From an uncultured Spirochaetota bacterium (GTDB lineage: Bacteria; Spirochaetota; Brevinematia; Brevinematales; JAOACQ01): a stretch of DNA of 64,000 nucleotides. The stretch spans positions 1,440,001 through 1,504,000 of the forward strand of contig CAVYGN010000002.1 in assembly GCA_963768055.1 (NCBI GenBank), written 5' to 3'. This document shows, piece after piece, positions 18,328 to 28,367 of the stretch. The notes below the pieces were generated by a model. It worked only from the letters and a program-made list of their open reading frames with translations. It was not told the origin of the DNA and made no database searches. A program made the position numbers and the translations under genes. The stretch's first letter is position 1, and each line of letters begins with the position of its first letter.

Positions 18328-19935
18328 CTATAATAATATCCTGATTCCGGCATTAACGGTGAACCCGCCGTCAGGGACATCCGGCCTGTCGAAATTAAGC
18401 TCATTGAGAATGTTTTTGAAGATAAGTTCGGCAAAGATATCCTTGCTCAGGCCGACCGAAAACGACACATCCCATATCCATGCGGCGTCAAGGTAGGCGC
18501 CAACCTGGTATTCCTGCCTGTCTTTATATGTCATTTTGGTCAGGGCGGATAAGCCTAAATTTGTATAGTTGTATTCTATGCTCAAAGAAATGGAATTCCG
18601 GTTAAAAAAGAGGAGGTCATCCTGGCTGGGGAGCTTGAAAATATAAGAGGCGTCGACAACGAAATTATCGACGGCGATCAGTTCGAGAATTGCTTCCGCT
18701 TTCAGGACATTGACGTTGGAAATAGCATTGAGAAAGTAGAGGTCGTTACCGGAATCATAATTATAATCCAGGTATAAAGAATATTGTTCCAAACTCACGT
18801 TTCCCCTCAGATTGATAAAATCAAAGGGTGATAATTGGATTGAATAAAGATATACCCATTTTTCCTCGGGATATGTAAAGTGATAATCTATCTGGTTATC
18901 ATCAACGATCCTGTCTATTGAAAAGTTATTCTGCTCTCCATAAAGCCCCCCCTTCATAGATATGAAGCTTGAATATTTATAAAAAATCAGCAGATTCGGG
19001 GCCCAGAAAAATCCTTTGTAATCATACACGTCGAATTCCAAACCTCCCTGTACGGCAAAATTTCCTGACAGAGGAATTTTATTGAGCACGCCGATCCTTC
19101 CGAATTGCAGCAAATCGTTATTGTAGTCCGAGTACCTGTACTTCCCTGAAATTTTAAGAAAGTTATCCCTTCCCCAATCGGTTTCGAGATCGATATTTCC
19201 GCCAACATCCTGGAGTATTTTGTCGTTATATCCTGAAAGCAATTGATGATCCAGGTCAAGGTAATTGTAATAACCTTCTGTTTTCAATATTGTATTCATG
19301 CTGATCTCATAGAGTGCACCTAGGCTTACAGGTATGTTTTTTTTGGATTCGATCACGTTTGAGATATTGGTATAAAGCCCTAAGTCTCTGATATAATAAC
19401 CGAAAGAGCTGGTAATGTCGAGGTTGGAATTAACGGAATAAATAATATCTCCGTTAAAGTCGTCAATATTCATTGAAGTATTGAAATAATTTGTACCCTG
19501 GAAGCCTGTGTTATCTCTCATATTCCTGACATAAGTGAACAGGTAATTGAAATTATCCGATTTTTTACCCGTATTCATTTCAGCAATGATATTGTTATAA
19601 GACCCGTAATATAATTTGAAGCTTGAAAGTGAAAAATCTTCGTTTTGCCTCTGTTTAGTCATCTCAGCCTTGAACTTATCGCTTTCTTTGGATTTGGTAA
19701 GTTCATCGATATCGATGCCGACATCGTTCGAGGGACGTCCCTGGAGGATAGATTCGTTCTGGTTTGCAAGCGGGACTTTGCTTTCATCTTCAATGCTGAG
19801 CTTGATATCGGGAATTATGATTTTTGAATTGCCGCTTTCCTGTAGAAGCTCGTTTGTCGATGAATTAGTTTCTGAGGAAGCGATCGAAGCGGCAAAGAAC
19901 AGAAAGGCCGAGGCAATTAATAAAATGTTTCTCAT
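18328..19935 (-). CDS. Putative outer-membrane beta-barrel protein
   Basis: Signal peptide, alternating aromatic/hydrophobic beta-strands, C-terminal GFTVNAGIRILL. Confidence 0.65.
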   Translation of the reverse strand: MRNILLIASAFLFFAASIASSETNSSTNELLQESGNSKIIIPDIKLSIEDESKVPLANQNESILQGRPSNDVGIDIDELTKSKESDKFKAEMTKQRQNEDFSLSSFKLYYGSYNNIIAEMNTGKKSDNFNYLFTYVRNMRDNTGFQGTNYFNTSMNIDDFNGDIIYSVNSNLDITSSFGYYIRDLGLYTNISNVIESKKNIPVSLGALYEISMNTILKTEGYYNYLDLDHQLLSGYNDKILQDVGGNIDLETDWGRDNFLKISGKYRYSDYNNDLLQFGRIGVLNKIPLSGNFAVQGGLEFDVYDYKGFFWAPNLLIFYKYSSFISMKGGLYGEQNNFSIDRIVDDNQIDYHFTYPEEKWVYLYSIQLSPFDFINLRGNVSLEQYSLYLDYNYDSGNDLYFLNAISNVNVLKAEAILELIAVDNFVVDASYIFKLPSQDDLLFFNRNSISLSIEYNYTNLGLSALTKMTYKDRQEYQVGAYLDAAWIWDVSFSVGLSKDIFAELIFKNILNELNFDRPDVPDGGFTVNAGIRILL

Positions 19936-19958
19936 ACATTACCTCTTTTCATTTTTAA

Positions 19959-20663
19959 TTAAATCGTAAGGCGCTTGAAATCCTGTGCATAAAATCTTTC
20001 TCCGTTCGGTCCGAAATCCTCGAGCAGGGCGGGGACAATGGCCCCCGGTATCACGCTTTCAACCGGGTAAGGCGCCCTCTGCGAACCTAGATCAGTACGA
20101 AGCCAGCCGGGATCAAGATATGATATAAGCACGTTTGTGCCTTTTAATTCTGAGGAGATGTCCAGGGTGTATTTATCAACGGCTGCTTTAGCAACGCTGT
20201 AAGGAGAGAGGTCCGGCTGATCCTTAATTCCGGAGGTCATATTAATCACCCGTCCGAATCCCTTTTCAAGCATCCTGGGAATAAAAAAATCGCATATTTC
20301 CACAAGGGCGAAAAAATCCACTTCGAAAATCTTTTTCCATTCCTCTATAGGAATTGTCCAGACTTTCTGGCTCCGGCTCATAATGGCGGCGTTATTGTAT
20401 AGTATATCTATGTGTCCCGCTTTTTTATATGCATCCGTACACATTGATTTTATATCTTCGGGATTATCCAGTTCCCCCTCGACTGCTTCAACTTTAATTT
20501 TATAACCCTTGAGCAGTTCACATGTTTTTTCGGTATTTTTCATTTTTCTTCCATGGATTATTACATTGCAGGAGCACTGAGCCAGCCCCAAAGCTATCTG
20601 CTGGCCGATACCGCGCGCGGAACCGGTTACCAAAGCCCACCTGTTTTTCAGCATCTCATTCAT
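19959..20663 (-). CDS. Short-chain dehydrogenase/reductase
   Basis: [20 protein letters not shown] 20663 after GGAGGAG. Confidence 0.88.
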   Translation of the reverse strand: MNEMLKNRWALVTGSARGIGQQIALGLAQCSCNVIIHGRKMKNTEKTCELLKGYKIKVEAVEGELDNPEDIKSMCTDAYKKAGHIDILYNNAAIMSRSQKVWTIPIEEWKKIFEVDFFALVEICDFFIPRMLEKGFGRVINMTSGIKDQPDLSPYSVAKAAVDKYTLDISSELKGTNVLISYLDPGWLRTDLGSQRAPYPVESVIPGAIVPALLEDFGPNGERFYAQDFKRLTI

Positions 20664-20877
20664 AAACTCCTCCGATAATGAACTAATCCTCAAAAATCAC
20701 CGCTGTTCCATCCCTCCCTTTATACTTATCAAGAACAGAGATACGAAGAATGAAGATTATTTTATTTCAAGAGGGTGGATTTTGCAAATTAACCACAATA
20801 ACACCGGTTAAGGCATCGGGCCGGCTTGATATTTTTAATTGAAACTGATAAGATATTAAAATTTTAAAGGTGTTTGA

Positions 20878-21429
20878 ATGGAACTTAATTTATTATGCTC
20901 CGATGAAAACAGGCAATATTATTCCAAAAAATTGAATGAAAATGATATCTGGATTAACGACGCCGCTGAATTGACAATAGCGGAGAATACGGTCAGCCTG
21001 GATAAAGAGGGCGTTTTTATTGTTTTCGATTTCAAGAATTTTTCAAGGGTATTGAAGATACTGGACAGTTTGAAAGACAGCCTTGAATTGCAGCAGAATA
21101 CGGATATTATAGCTGTAAAACAGAAAGACGGCTATGAAGTTCTGAAAATTGAAGAGGTCAAATATTTTATAGCCGATGGAAATATTGTTTATTGCTATAC
21201 CGGGAATTTGAGGTATGAAATTAACAAGCGGCTTTATAGGGTTGAAAATGATCTGGCGAATAGGGGCTTTATCCGGATCAACAAAGCGACAGTAGTCAAT
21301 ATTATGATGGTGAATGAGGTAATCCCCTGGTTCGGGGGCAGGCTGCTCCTGAAAATAAAAAACAGCGGTGCAGAGCTGGAAGTATCAAAAAATTATTTAA
21401 AGCCTTTTAAAAAGATATTGGGGCTGTAA
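20878..21429 (+). CDS. Stand-alone LytTR-domain regulator
   Basis: FIRINKATVVN and LEVSKNY; no receiver domain. Confidence 0.85.
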   Translation: MELNLLCSDENRQYYSKKLNENDIWINDAAELTIAENTVSLDKEGVFIVFDFKNFSRVLKILDSLKDSLELQQNTDIIAVKQKDGYEVLKIEEVKYFIADGNIVYCYTGNLRYEINKRLYRVENDLANRGFIRINKATVVNIMMVNEVIPWFGGRLLLKIKNSGAELEVSKNYLKPFKKILGL

Positions 21430-21430
21430 T

Positions 21431-21889
21431 ATGCAAAAGTTATTGAAAGATGAATTAGAATCCCGCCAGATTATGATCAAGGTAACGGAAGATATCAGGT
21501 CGATCATTTTCATCCTTTTATCATCCGCAGTTTTGGGGGCATTAGTAGGTTTACCCTTTATTTTAATCTACAAAGGAGACCTTGTTATTAATCTTCTTAA
21601 AAGCTCTTTATTCGGGATCGGCATCAGCGTAATCGCCGCTCCGGCGTTTATTTTTTTTTATAAATATCACACAATCTGGTCTATGATGGCGGTATTTATA
21701 GTAATAGGAGCCGGCACTTTTACCGGTGCGTTCACATCGGGAATTACCGATATTACGATAATATTACTTATAATTTTTTCAGCGGAATTAGCCGGGATGT
21801 GCTTTACAGTTTATTCCTATCTATACTATCGCAAGATCAATAAAAAGCTGGCACAATACCAGGAGACGCTTAAAACAAAAGAAAGATAA
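21431..21889 (+). CDS. Four-TM membrane protein (LytTR regulatory system partner)
   Basis: Four hydrophobic helices, C-terminal KINKKL; 1 nt after the LytTR stop. Confidence 0.65.
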   Translation: MQKLLKDELESRQIMIKVTEDIRSIIFILLSSAVLGALVGLPFILIYKGDLVINLLKSSLFGIGISVIAAPAFIFFYKYHTIWSMMAVFIVIGAGTFTGAFTSGITDITIILLIIFSAELAGMCFTVYSYLYYRKINKKLAQYQETLKTKER

Positions 21890-21918
21890 TAATACAATCT
21901 GCCGCAATCCTGCCATAT

Positions 21919-21953
21919 AAAAAAAATAGGGGCTGTCCCAAAAGACAGCCCCT
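21919..21953 (-). terminator. Intrinsic terminator of ppdK (possibly bidirectional)
   Basis: AGGGGCTGTC/GACAGCCCCT 10-bp stem with adjacent A-tract between convergent genes. Confidence 0.8.
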
Positions 21954-21972
21954 TATATGCTATTTTCTTGTT

Positions 21973-24666
21973 TTATTTCGCCTTTTTTTCTTCAATGACC
22001 GCCTGGGCTGCGGCAAGTCGGGCTATGGGTACGCGGAAAGGCGAGCATGAAACATAGTTCATACCGGCCCTGTGGCAGAACTTTACAGACTTTAGTTCGC
22101 CGCCATGTTCACCGCATATGCCTATCTTCAGGTTAGACCGTGTGCTCCTTCCCTTTTCGATCGCCATTTTCACAAGAAGCCCGACCCCTTCCTGGTCCAG
22201 GGACTGGAACGGGTCGTCTTTGAAAACCCCGGCTTTTTTTTCGTCAACATAATCCGGAAGGAAACGGCCTGCGTCGTCCCTCGACATGCCAAGGGTCATC
22301 TGGGTGAGGTCGTTCGTCCCGAAGGAGAAAAATTCCGCGACTTCGGCGATCTTGTCGGCCAGCAGGGCCGCACGCGGAACTTCGATCATCGTCCCGACAA
22401 GGTACTTTATTGTCTGGCCGCTTTTTTTAATTATAGCATCGGCCACTTCCCTCGTCCTTGTTTCGAGTATCTTCAATTCTTTTTTATCTATTACGAGCGG
22501 ATGCATAATCTCGGGCTCCACTTTTATTCCGGCTTTCGCACATTCGCATGCCGCCTCGATAATGGCTGTGACCTGCATATCGAGGATCTCGGGATATGTT
22601 ATGCAGAGGCGGCATCCCCTGTGTCCCAACATCGGATTTGCTTCATGGAGCTGTTCGACGCGGTGTTTGACCTTTTCAAAAGGAACGCCGATTTTTGCGG
22701 CGAGTTCCCTCTGTTTTGGCTCGTCATGCGGGACAAACTCATGCAGGGGCGGGTCGATAAGGCGGATTGTGACGGGTTTTCCGTCCATGGCCTTGAATAT
22801 GCCTTTGAAATCCGCTTTCTGGAAAGGCAGCAATTTTGCCAGTGCCGATTTCCTGTCCTCGAGCGTATCGGCGACGATCATTTCCTGGATAGCCTCTCTT
22901 CTTTCTTCAGTATCGAAGAACATATGCTCCGTCCTGCAGAGGCCGATCCCTTCGGCCCCTAATTGAACCGCATGTTCGGCGTCGTAAGGTGTATCCGCGT
23001 TAGTCCTTACCTTCAGTTTACGGACCTCATCTGCCCATTTCATTATAGTATTGTATGATTCGGGAAGATCGGGCTTAATAAGTTTAAGGGCGGTTTTGTA
23101 TACCTCGCCCGTTGTCCCGTTTAAAGTTATCTCTTCCCCCTCTTTTACCGTTATATCGCCGACTTTGAATAATTTCTTATTATAGTCGATATCCAGTTTT
23201 TCACATCCCACGATGCAGCATTTGCCCCAGCCCCTGGCGACAACAGCCGCATGAGAGGTCTTGCCGCCTGTCGCCGTCAGTATCCCTATAGCGGCATGCA
23301 TTCCTCCGACGTCTTCAGGGCTTGTTTCCTTTCTGACCAGTATTACCCTTTCGCCCCTTTCGGCCCATTCCTCGGCGTCTTTCGCGTTAAATACGACCTT
23401 GCCTGCGGCGGCGCCGGGTACTGCGTCAATCCCCTGCACTATATAATTGGCCTTAAGCGCCTCTTTCTGCTTGGGGTCTATTATAGGGTAAAATATGCCC
23501 TCTATGTCTTTATCCTTAATACGCATGATAGCGTCTTTTTTTGAAATGAGTTCTTCGGCTTGCATATCTACTGCGATTTTAAAGGCCGCGAATGGAGAGC
23601 GTTTGCCCGTGCGGCACTGCAACATGTAAAGTTTTCCCTCTTCGACCGTAAATTCCAGGTCCTGCATGTCCTTGTAATGATTTTCAAGCGTTTTCCGCAC
23701 GCCTACAAGCTGTTTGTAAGCCTTGGGATCTGTCTTTTCAAAGTCGGACAACTTAATAGGGGTCCTGATGCCGGCTACTACGTCCTCTCCCTGGGCGTTT
23801 ATGAGATAGTCGCCGTAAAATGTGTTGTCCCCGGTATTGGGGTCCCTTGTAAAGCAGACGCCGGTCCCGGAAGTGTCCCCCTTGTTCCCGAAAACCATCT
23901 GGACTATATTGACGGCGGTGCCTATCACGCCCTGGATCTTTTCAACCCTTCTATAGGTCACGGCCTTGTCGGCCATCCAGCTTCCGAATACGGCACCGAT
24001 CGAGCCCCAGAGCTGTTCCCTGGGATCCTGAGGGAAATCCTTCCCGATTTCCTTCTTATATAAAAGCTTGAATTGCGAAAGAAGCTCTTCGAGTTCGCCG
24101 GCATCGACATCCGTATCGTTTACCTTTTTATTCTCGGCAACATTGATCCTTTTTCTTGTTTTTTCATTTTTTATCTTGTCGAAAATATGGTCGAATTTCT
24201 CCCTCTGTATGCCCATTGCCGTAGAACCGTACATCATTATGAACCGCCTGTAAGCGTCCAGCGCAAACCTCCTGTTGCCGGTTTTTTTGGCGAGGCCCTC
24301 GACCGATTTGTCGTTAAGGCCGAGATTTAATATTGTTTCCATCATTCCCGGCATCGAGATAGGCGCTCCCGATCTTACAGAAACCAGCAGGGGATAACCG
24401 GCGTCCCCGAGTTTTTTCCCGGCCAGCTTTTCCAGGGCCGACAGGTGTTTTTCGACCTCAGTGTCCAGGCCTTCCGGGTATTTCCTGCCGTTTTTATAGA
24501 ATAAGTCGCAGACCTCCGTGGAAATAGTAAACCCGCTTGGAACGGGAAGGCCGATATTAGTCATCTCGGCGAGACCCGCGCCTTTACCGCCGAGGAGCTC
24601 TTTCATCGAACCGTCGCCTTCGGCTTTCCCGCCGCCGAAGAAATAAACATACTTAGACTTTGCCAT
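21973..24666 (-). CDS. ppdK: Pyruvate, phosphate dikinase
   Basis: LLGGKGAGLAEM, SMPGMM, TSHAAVVARG phospho-His, GLCRTEHMF, SFGTNDLTQ, GICGEHGG; ATG 24666 after GGAGG. Confidence 0.97.
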   Translation of the reverse strand: MAKSKYVYFFGGGKAEGDGSMKELLGGKGAGLAEMTNIGLPVPSGFTISTEVCDLFYKNGRKYPEGLDTEVEKHLSALEKLAGKKLGDAGYPLLVSVRSGAPISMPGMMETILNLGLNDKSVEGLAKKTGNRRFALDAYRRFIMMYGSTAMGIQREKFDHIFDKIKNEKTRKRINVAENKKVNDTDVDAGELEELLSQFKLLYKKEIGKDFPQDPREQLWGSIGAVFGSWMADKAVTYRRVEKIQGVIGTAVNIVQMVFGNKGDTSGTGVCFTRDPNTGDNTFYGDYLINAQGEDVVAGIRTPIKLSDFEKTDPKAYKQLVGVRKTLENHYKDMQDLEFTVEEGKLYMLQCRTGKRSPFAAFKIAVDMQAEELISKKDAIMRIKDKDIEGIFYPIIDPKQKEALKANYIVQGIDAVPGAAAGKVVFNAKDAEEWAERGERVILVRKETSPEDVGGMHAAIGILTATGGKTSHAAVVARGWGKCCIVGCEKLDIDYNKKLFKVGDITVKEGEEITLNGTTGEVYKTALKLIKPDLPESYNTIMKWADEVRKLKVRTNADTPYDAEHAVQLGAEGIGLCRTEHMFFDTEERREAIQEMIVADTLEDRKSALAKLLPFQKADFKGIFKAMDGKPVTIRLIDPPLHEFVPHDEPKQRELAAKIGVPFEKVKHRVEQLHEANPMLGHRGCRLCITYPEILDMQVTAIIEAACECAKAGIKVEPEIMHPLVIDKKELKILETRTREVADAIIKKSGQTIKYLVGTMIEVPRAALLADKIAEVAEFFSFGTNDLTQMTLGMSRDDAGRFLPDYVDEKKAGVFKDDPFQSLDQEGVGLLVKMAIEKGRSTRSNLKIGICGEHGGELKSVKFCHRAGMNYVSCSPFRVPIARLAAAQAVIEEKKAK

Positions 24667-24915
24667 ATTTATATCCTCCAATTTTATTAGTGATTTCATC
24701 TGTTATGAATTGTGAGCACCTGTTACTGATTTAAAAAACGGCCCATCATATTTTAAGAACAGGCTGTAAATTTTGCAATTAATGGGGGGACGAAATCACA
24801 GGGAGACGCGGAGAAAGGGGGGCTTGTCTAAATCATTTTTCCAGTCTTACCGATAAAAAATGCTGCCTTCATCTTGATTATATTCGCCTGGTGAAGCCGT
24901 TACTTCTTGTGAATA

Positions 24916-25476
24916 TCATGAAATTAAGCTTTTTACAAGGGTTCTCAATTCCAGGTATGCCTTGTCGATATCGTCGTTAATAATGCTGTATTGATAGTTT
25001 TTTTCGTATCCCATTTCTTTTATCGCAGTTTTAAGCCTTAATTGTATGGTTTTCCTGTCGTCGGTTTTTCTTTCCATTATTCTTCTTTTGAGTTCTTTCA
25101 TCGAGGGAGGTATTATAAAGATAAGTACACTTTCAGGGATGGATTTCTTAATATTCATCCCCCCCTGAACGTCTACATCCATCAGGCAGTTTTTGCCGGT
25201 ATCTGTTATCCTCTTAATTTCAGTTTTCAAAGTCCCGTAGTAATTACCGTAGACTTCAGCCCATTCGACGAATTCATTGTTTTTTATTTTTTTTAAGAAT
25301 TCCTCACGGCTGATGAAATAATAATCGACCCCGTCCGTTTCGTTCGGCCGGGGAGAACGGGTTGTAGCTGATATTGAAAATTGCAGGCTTTCGAAATCGG
25401 AGAGCAGGCGCTTATAAAGACATGTTTTGCCTACACCTGACGGTCCGGAAATGACTATTATACTGAAAGATTTCAT
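24916..25476 (-). CDS. gmk: Guanylate kinase
   Basis: SGPSGVGKT, SISATTRSPR, DGVDYYF, YYGT. Confidence 0.95.
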   Translation of the reverse strand: MKSFSIIVISGPSGVGKTCLYKRLLSDFESLQFSISATTRSPRPNETDGVDYYFISREEFLKKIKNNEFVEWAEVYGNYYGTLKTEIKRITDTGKNCLMDVDVQGGMNIKKSIPESVLIFIIPPSMKELKRRIMERKTDDRKTIQLRLKTAIKEMGYEKNYQYSIINDDIDKAYLELRTLVKSLIS

Positions 25477-25479
25477 CCT

Positions 25480-26367
25480 TTACTCCAGGTTTCTAAGCTG
25501 CTCTCTTATTTTTTCGATTTCACCCTTGATAAAAATTGTATTTTCGATTATTTTGTAATCGGTTGATTTAGATGAGATCGTGTTTATCTCCCTGTTCATT
25601 TCCTGGCTGATAAAATCCATTTTTTTGCTGTCGCCCTTAATTTTTTCATTCAGGATGTTCTTGAACTGGTTCAGGTGGCTTTTCAAACGTACGATTTCCT
25701 CGTTAATTGCGGTCCTTCCCGCCATTATTTCGGCTTCCATAAGGATCCGGTTATTAGTCAGAGCGTCTTCAAACGATTCAGGGAGAAGTTCCATTAGCCG
25801 GTCCTTCAATCCCTGTTTGAATTTCTCCAGGTTCGGGGGATATAGATTATCAATATCTGCAAGGCTTTTTTCTATCAAAGATATAGAGGTTTCGAGATCG
25901 TTTTTTGTTTTCTCCCCTTCCCTGTACATCATGTCCAGTATCTTTAAGGAAACGTTCTTTATCATTTTGATCAGGATTTCATGAAGGTCTTCGAAACCGC
26001 CCATTCTCTCGATTTGAAGAATACCTCCGATCGAAAGAAAATCCCCAAGAGAAATTTCGTTATTGATATTGATCTCATTTTTCAATTCAGTGATAGCGGC
26101 CTTATATTTTTTAGCCAGTTCGTGGTTTACAACAATATTATAACTCCTGGCCTCTTTTTCAATGATCTTTATATAAAGATCGATTTTTCCGCGTTTTAAT
26201 TTGTCATATATGATATTTCTCAGTTCATTTTCCCATTCATCTATAAAAGCGCTGGATTTAAGTTTAAAATCAAAATACCTTGAATTGAGGCTTTTAAGTT
26301 CAACGGTGAGATCGTATTGATCCGTATTCATGAACTCATTGGCAAATCCGGTCATGCTTCTTATCAT
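25480..26367 (-). CDS. yicC: YicC/YloC-family endoribonuclease
   Basis: MIRSMTGF, SLNSRY, EEIVRLKSH, QEMNREINTISSK, EKIREQ. Confidence 0.93.
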   Translation of the reverse strand: MIRSMTGFANEFMNTDQYDLTVELKSLNSRYFDFKLKSSAFIDEWENELRNIIYDKLKRGKIDLYIKIIEKEARSYNIVVNHELAKKYKAAITELKNEININNEISLGDFLSIGGILQIERMGGFEDLHEILIKMIKNVSLKILDMMYREGEKTKNDLETSISLIEKSLADIDNLYPPNLEKFKQGLKDRLMELLPESFEDALTNNRILMEAEIMAGRTAINEEIVRLKSHLNQFKNILNEKIKGDSKKMDFISQEMNREINTISSKSTDYKIIENTIFIKGEIEKIREQLRNLE

Positions 26368-26382
26368 AAAAATACCCGCTTA

Positions 26383-27141
26383 TTATTGTTTATTTTGAGC
26401 CTTTATCGATTCCATTACATACTCAGCGGCTTTCTGCTCCGCTTCCTTTTTAGTCCTGCCTTTTGCCGCAGCCCTCCAATCGTTATGGACTGAAACAGAG
26501 ACTTCAAAAATTTTATTATGATCGGGGCCTGTTTCTCTGATGATTTTATATATCGGATATTCTTTAAATTTTGATACTGACCATTTCTGGAGCTGTGTCT
26601 TGTAATCCCTTGTGCCTGTTTTAAGCCTTTTTTTTATTTCCGGGTCAAGAATATGTCTGACAAAAGCCAGAGCTTTTTCAAAGCCCCTTTCCAGAAATAC
26701 CACTCCGATAATCGCTTCAGTTATATCTGCAGCCACTTTTTGCCTAGCCCTTGGATCGGAAAGGGTCTCTCCCTTGCCGAGGTTGATATATTCAAGCAGT
26801 TTCAGATCGAAGGCTATCTCCGAAAGCGTTTTTTCGTCAACAAGGCTGGAACGAAGAGCCGATAGTCCGCCTTCGGCAAGATGCGGGTTATTTATATAAA
26901 GCTGGTATGCGATGCATGCATTAAGGATCGAATCTCCCAGAAATTCGAGCCTTTCATAGGGCTCATTATATAAACCCGATTTATCTACGCATGAGGAATG
27001 GGTTAATGCCTTGTTAAATAATGAATAATCCTTAATTTTGAGGCCAAGCCTGGCGCAGAGCTCTTTTAATCTGACAATCCTGGCTTCGCTTAAGTGGGGT
27101 GTTTTCGGATTATTTGTATTTTTTGAAAACAAGCGTAACAT
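26383..27141 (-). CDS. rnc: Ribonuclease III
   Basis: ALTHSS, ERLEFLGDS, dsRBD DYKTQLQ and GPDH; probable ATG at 27141 overlapping the fabF end. Confidence 0.95.
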   Translation of the reverse strand: MLRLFSKNTNNPKTPHLSEARIVRLKELCARLGLKIKDYSLFNKALTHSSCVDKSGLYNEPYERLEFLGDSILNACIAYQLYINNPHLAEGGLSALRSSLVDEKTLSEIAFDLKLLEYINLGKGETLSDPRARQKVAADITEAIIGVVFLERGFEKALAFVRHILDPEIKKRLKTGTRDYKTQLQKWSVSKFKEYPIYKIIRETGPDHNKIFEVSVSVHNDWRAAAKGRTKKEAEQKAAEYVMESIKAQNKQ

Positions 27142-28357
27142 TGTGACCACCGAATCCAAATGAATTGCTTAGGCCGTATGTTATATCGCATGAAACGGCT
27201 TTATTTGGAACATAGTTCAGGTCGCAATCAGGATCGGGAGTATCAAGGTTTATTGTAGGATGAACTATTTTATCATTGATCATTTTAATGACTGCTATTG
27301 CCTCGATCCCTCCGGCCGCGCCCAGAGTATGTCCTATCATCGATTTTGATGAATTTATCAGTAATTTGTATGCATGCTCGCCGAATGCCGATTTAATAGC
27401 CATCGTTTCAGCCAGGTCGCCTGGAGGTGTTGACGTTCCATGGGCATTAATAAGCTGCACTTCTTTCGGATCTATCCCCCCCTTTTTCAAGGCGCTTTTC
27501 ATGGCAAGACCCGCTCCGAAACCATCGGGGTGGGGGGCTGTTATATGATGAGCGTCGCCGCTTACTCCATATGAAACGAGTTCGGCCAGTATTTTCGCTC
27601 CCCTTTTTTCGGCATGTGAAAGTTCTTCCAGGACAATTATGCCCGCGCCTTCGCCCATAACAAAACCGTCCCTGTTTTTATCAAAGGGCCTCGAGCCCTT
27701 TTCGGGAGTATCGTTATAATGTGTTGAAAGGGCCTGCATCTGGGTGAACCCGGCGAAACCCAGCGGGGACATTGCTGCTTCGCAGCCGCCTGATATTATG
27801 ATATCGGCATCGCCGACGAAAATGTGATTGAAGGAACAAGCGATCCCGTTCCCTGCGGAGGCGCAGGCGGAAGAAACCGCATAATTGGGCCCATGATAGC
27901 CGTACTCGATTGAAATATATCCCGAAGCGATATCCGAAATCAGCATAGGTATAAAGAAAGGCGAGACCTTTTTACGGCCGCCGGTATACATTTTTATGGA
28001 ATTATCGTAATATGTATTGATTCCTCCGATCCCGGAAGCAATTATAACCCCGACTCTTTCTTTATCTATATCAGAGTTTTCAATTTTGCTGTCTTTGATT
28101 GCTTCCCTGGCTGCTACCACGGCAAAATAGCAGAAACGATCCATTTTCCGGGCCTCTTTTTTTTCAATGAAATCCTCAATATTGAATTTCTCGTTTTTAA
28201 CCTCCCCACCGATCAGGCATGGTGAATCCTTCATATCTGCGTTAGATATCCTGCTGATGCCCGATTTGCCGGCTTTAAGCGCATCCCAGAATTCACCGAC
28301 ATTCTGGCCGAGGCAGTTTACGGTTCCCATTCCTGTAACAACAACCCTTCTGTTCAC
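27110..28357 (-). CDS. fabF: Beta-ketoacyl-ACP synthase II
   Basis: RRVVVTGMG, SACAS, NAHGTST, KSMIGHTLGAAG, SNSFGFGGHN. Confidence 0.96.
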   Translation of the reverse strand: MNRRVVVTGMGTVNCLGQNVGEFWDALKAGKSGISRISNADMKDSPCLIGGEVKNEKFNIEDFIEKKEARKMDRFCYFAVVAAREAIKDSKIENSDIDKERVGVIIASGIGGINTYYDNSIKMYTGGRKKVSPFFIPMLISDIASGYISIEYGYHGPNYAVSSACASAGNGIACSFNHIFVGDADIIISGGCEAAMSPLGFAGFTQMQALSTHYNDTPEKGSRPFDKNRDGFVMGEGAGIIVLEELSHAEKRGAKILAELVSYGVSGDAHHITAPHPDGFGAGLAMKSALKKGGIDPKEVQLINAHGTSTPPGDLAETMAIKSAFGEHAYKLLINSSKSMIGHTLGAAGGIEAIAVIKMINDKIVHPTINLDTPDPDCDLNYVPNKAVSCDITYGLSNSFGFGGHNVTLVFKKYK

Positions 28358-28367
28358 ATCATCCCCC

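Noticed and set aside
20780..20830. LytTR direct-repeat binding site
   Set aside because: ACCGGTTAAG and GCCGGCTTGA are poorly matched and lack the usual ~21-22-nt period.
21927..21955. Hairpin TA-GGGGCTGTCCCAAAA as another MITE copy
   Set aside because: The resemblance is limited to the G-run and TA flank; a plain terminator explains it.
22105..24330. Long plus-strand ORFs (up to 285 aa) opposite ppdK, and similar antisense ORFs elsewhere
   Set aside because: Shadow frames of well-conserved genes, with no recognisable motifs.
24829..24856. sigma28-like TAAA-N16-ACCGATAA pointing antisense into gmk
   Set aside because: Spacer is one base long, and no downstream ORF, structured RNA or terminator is visible; may be chance.
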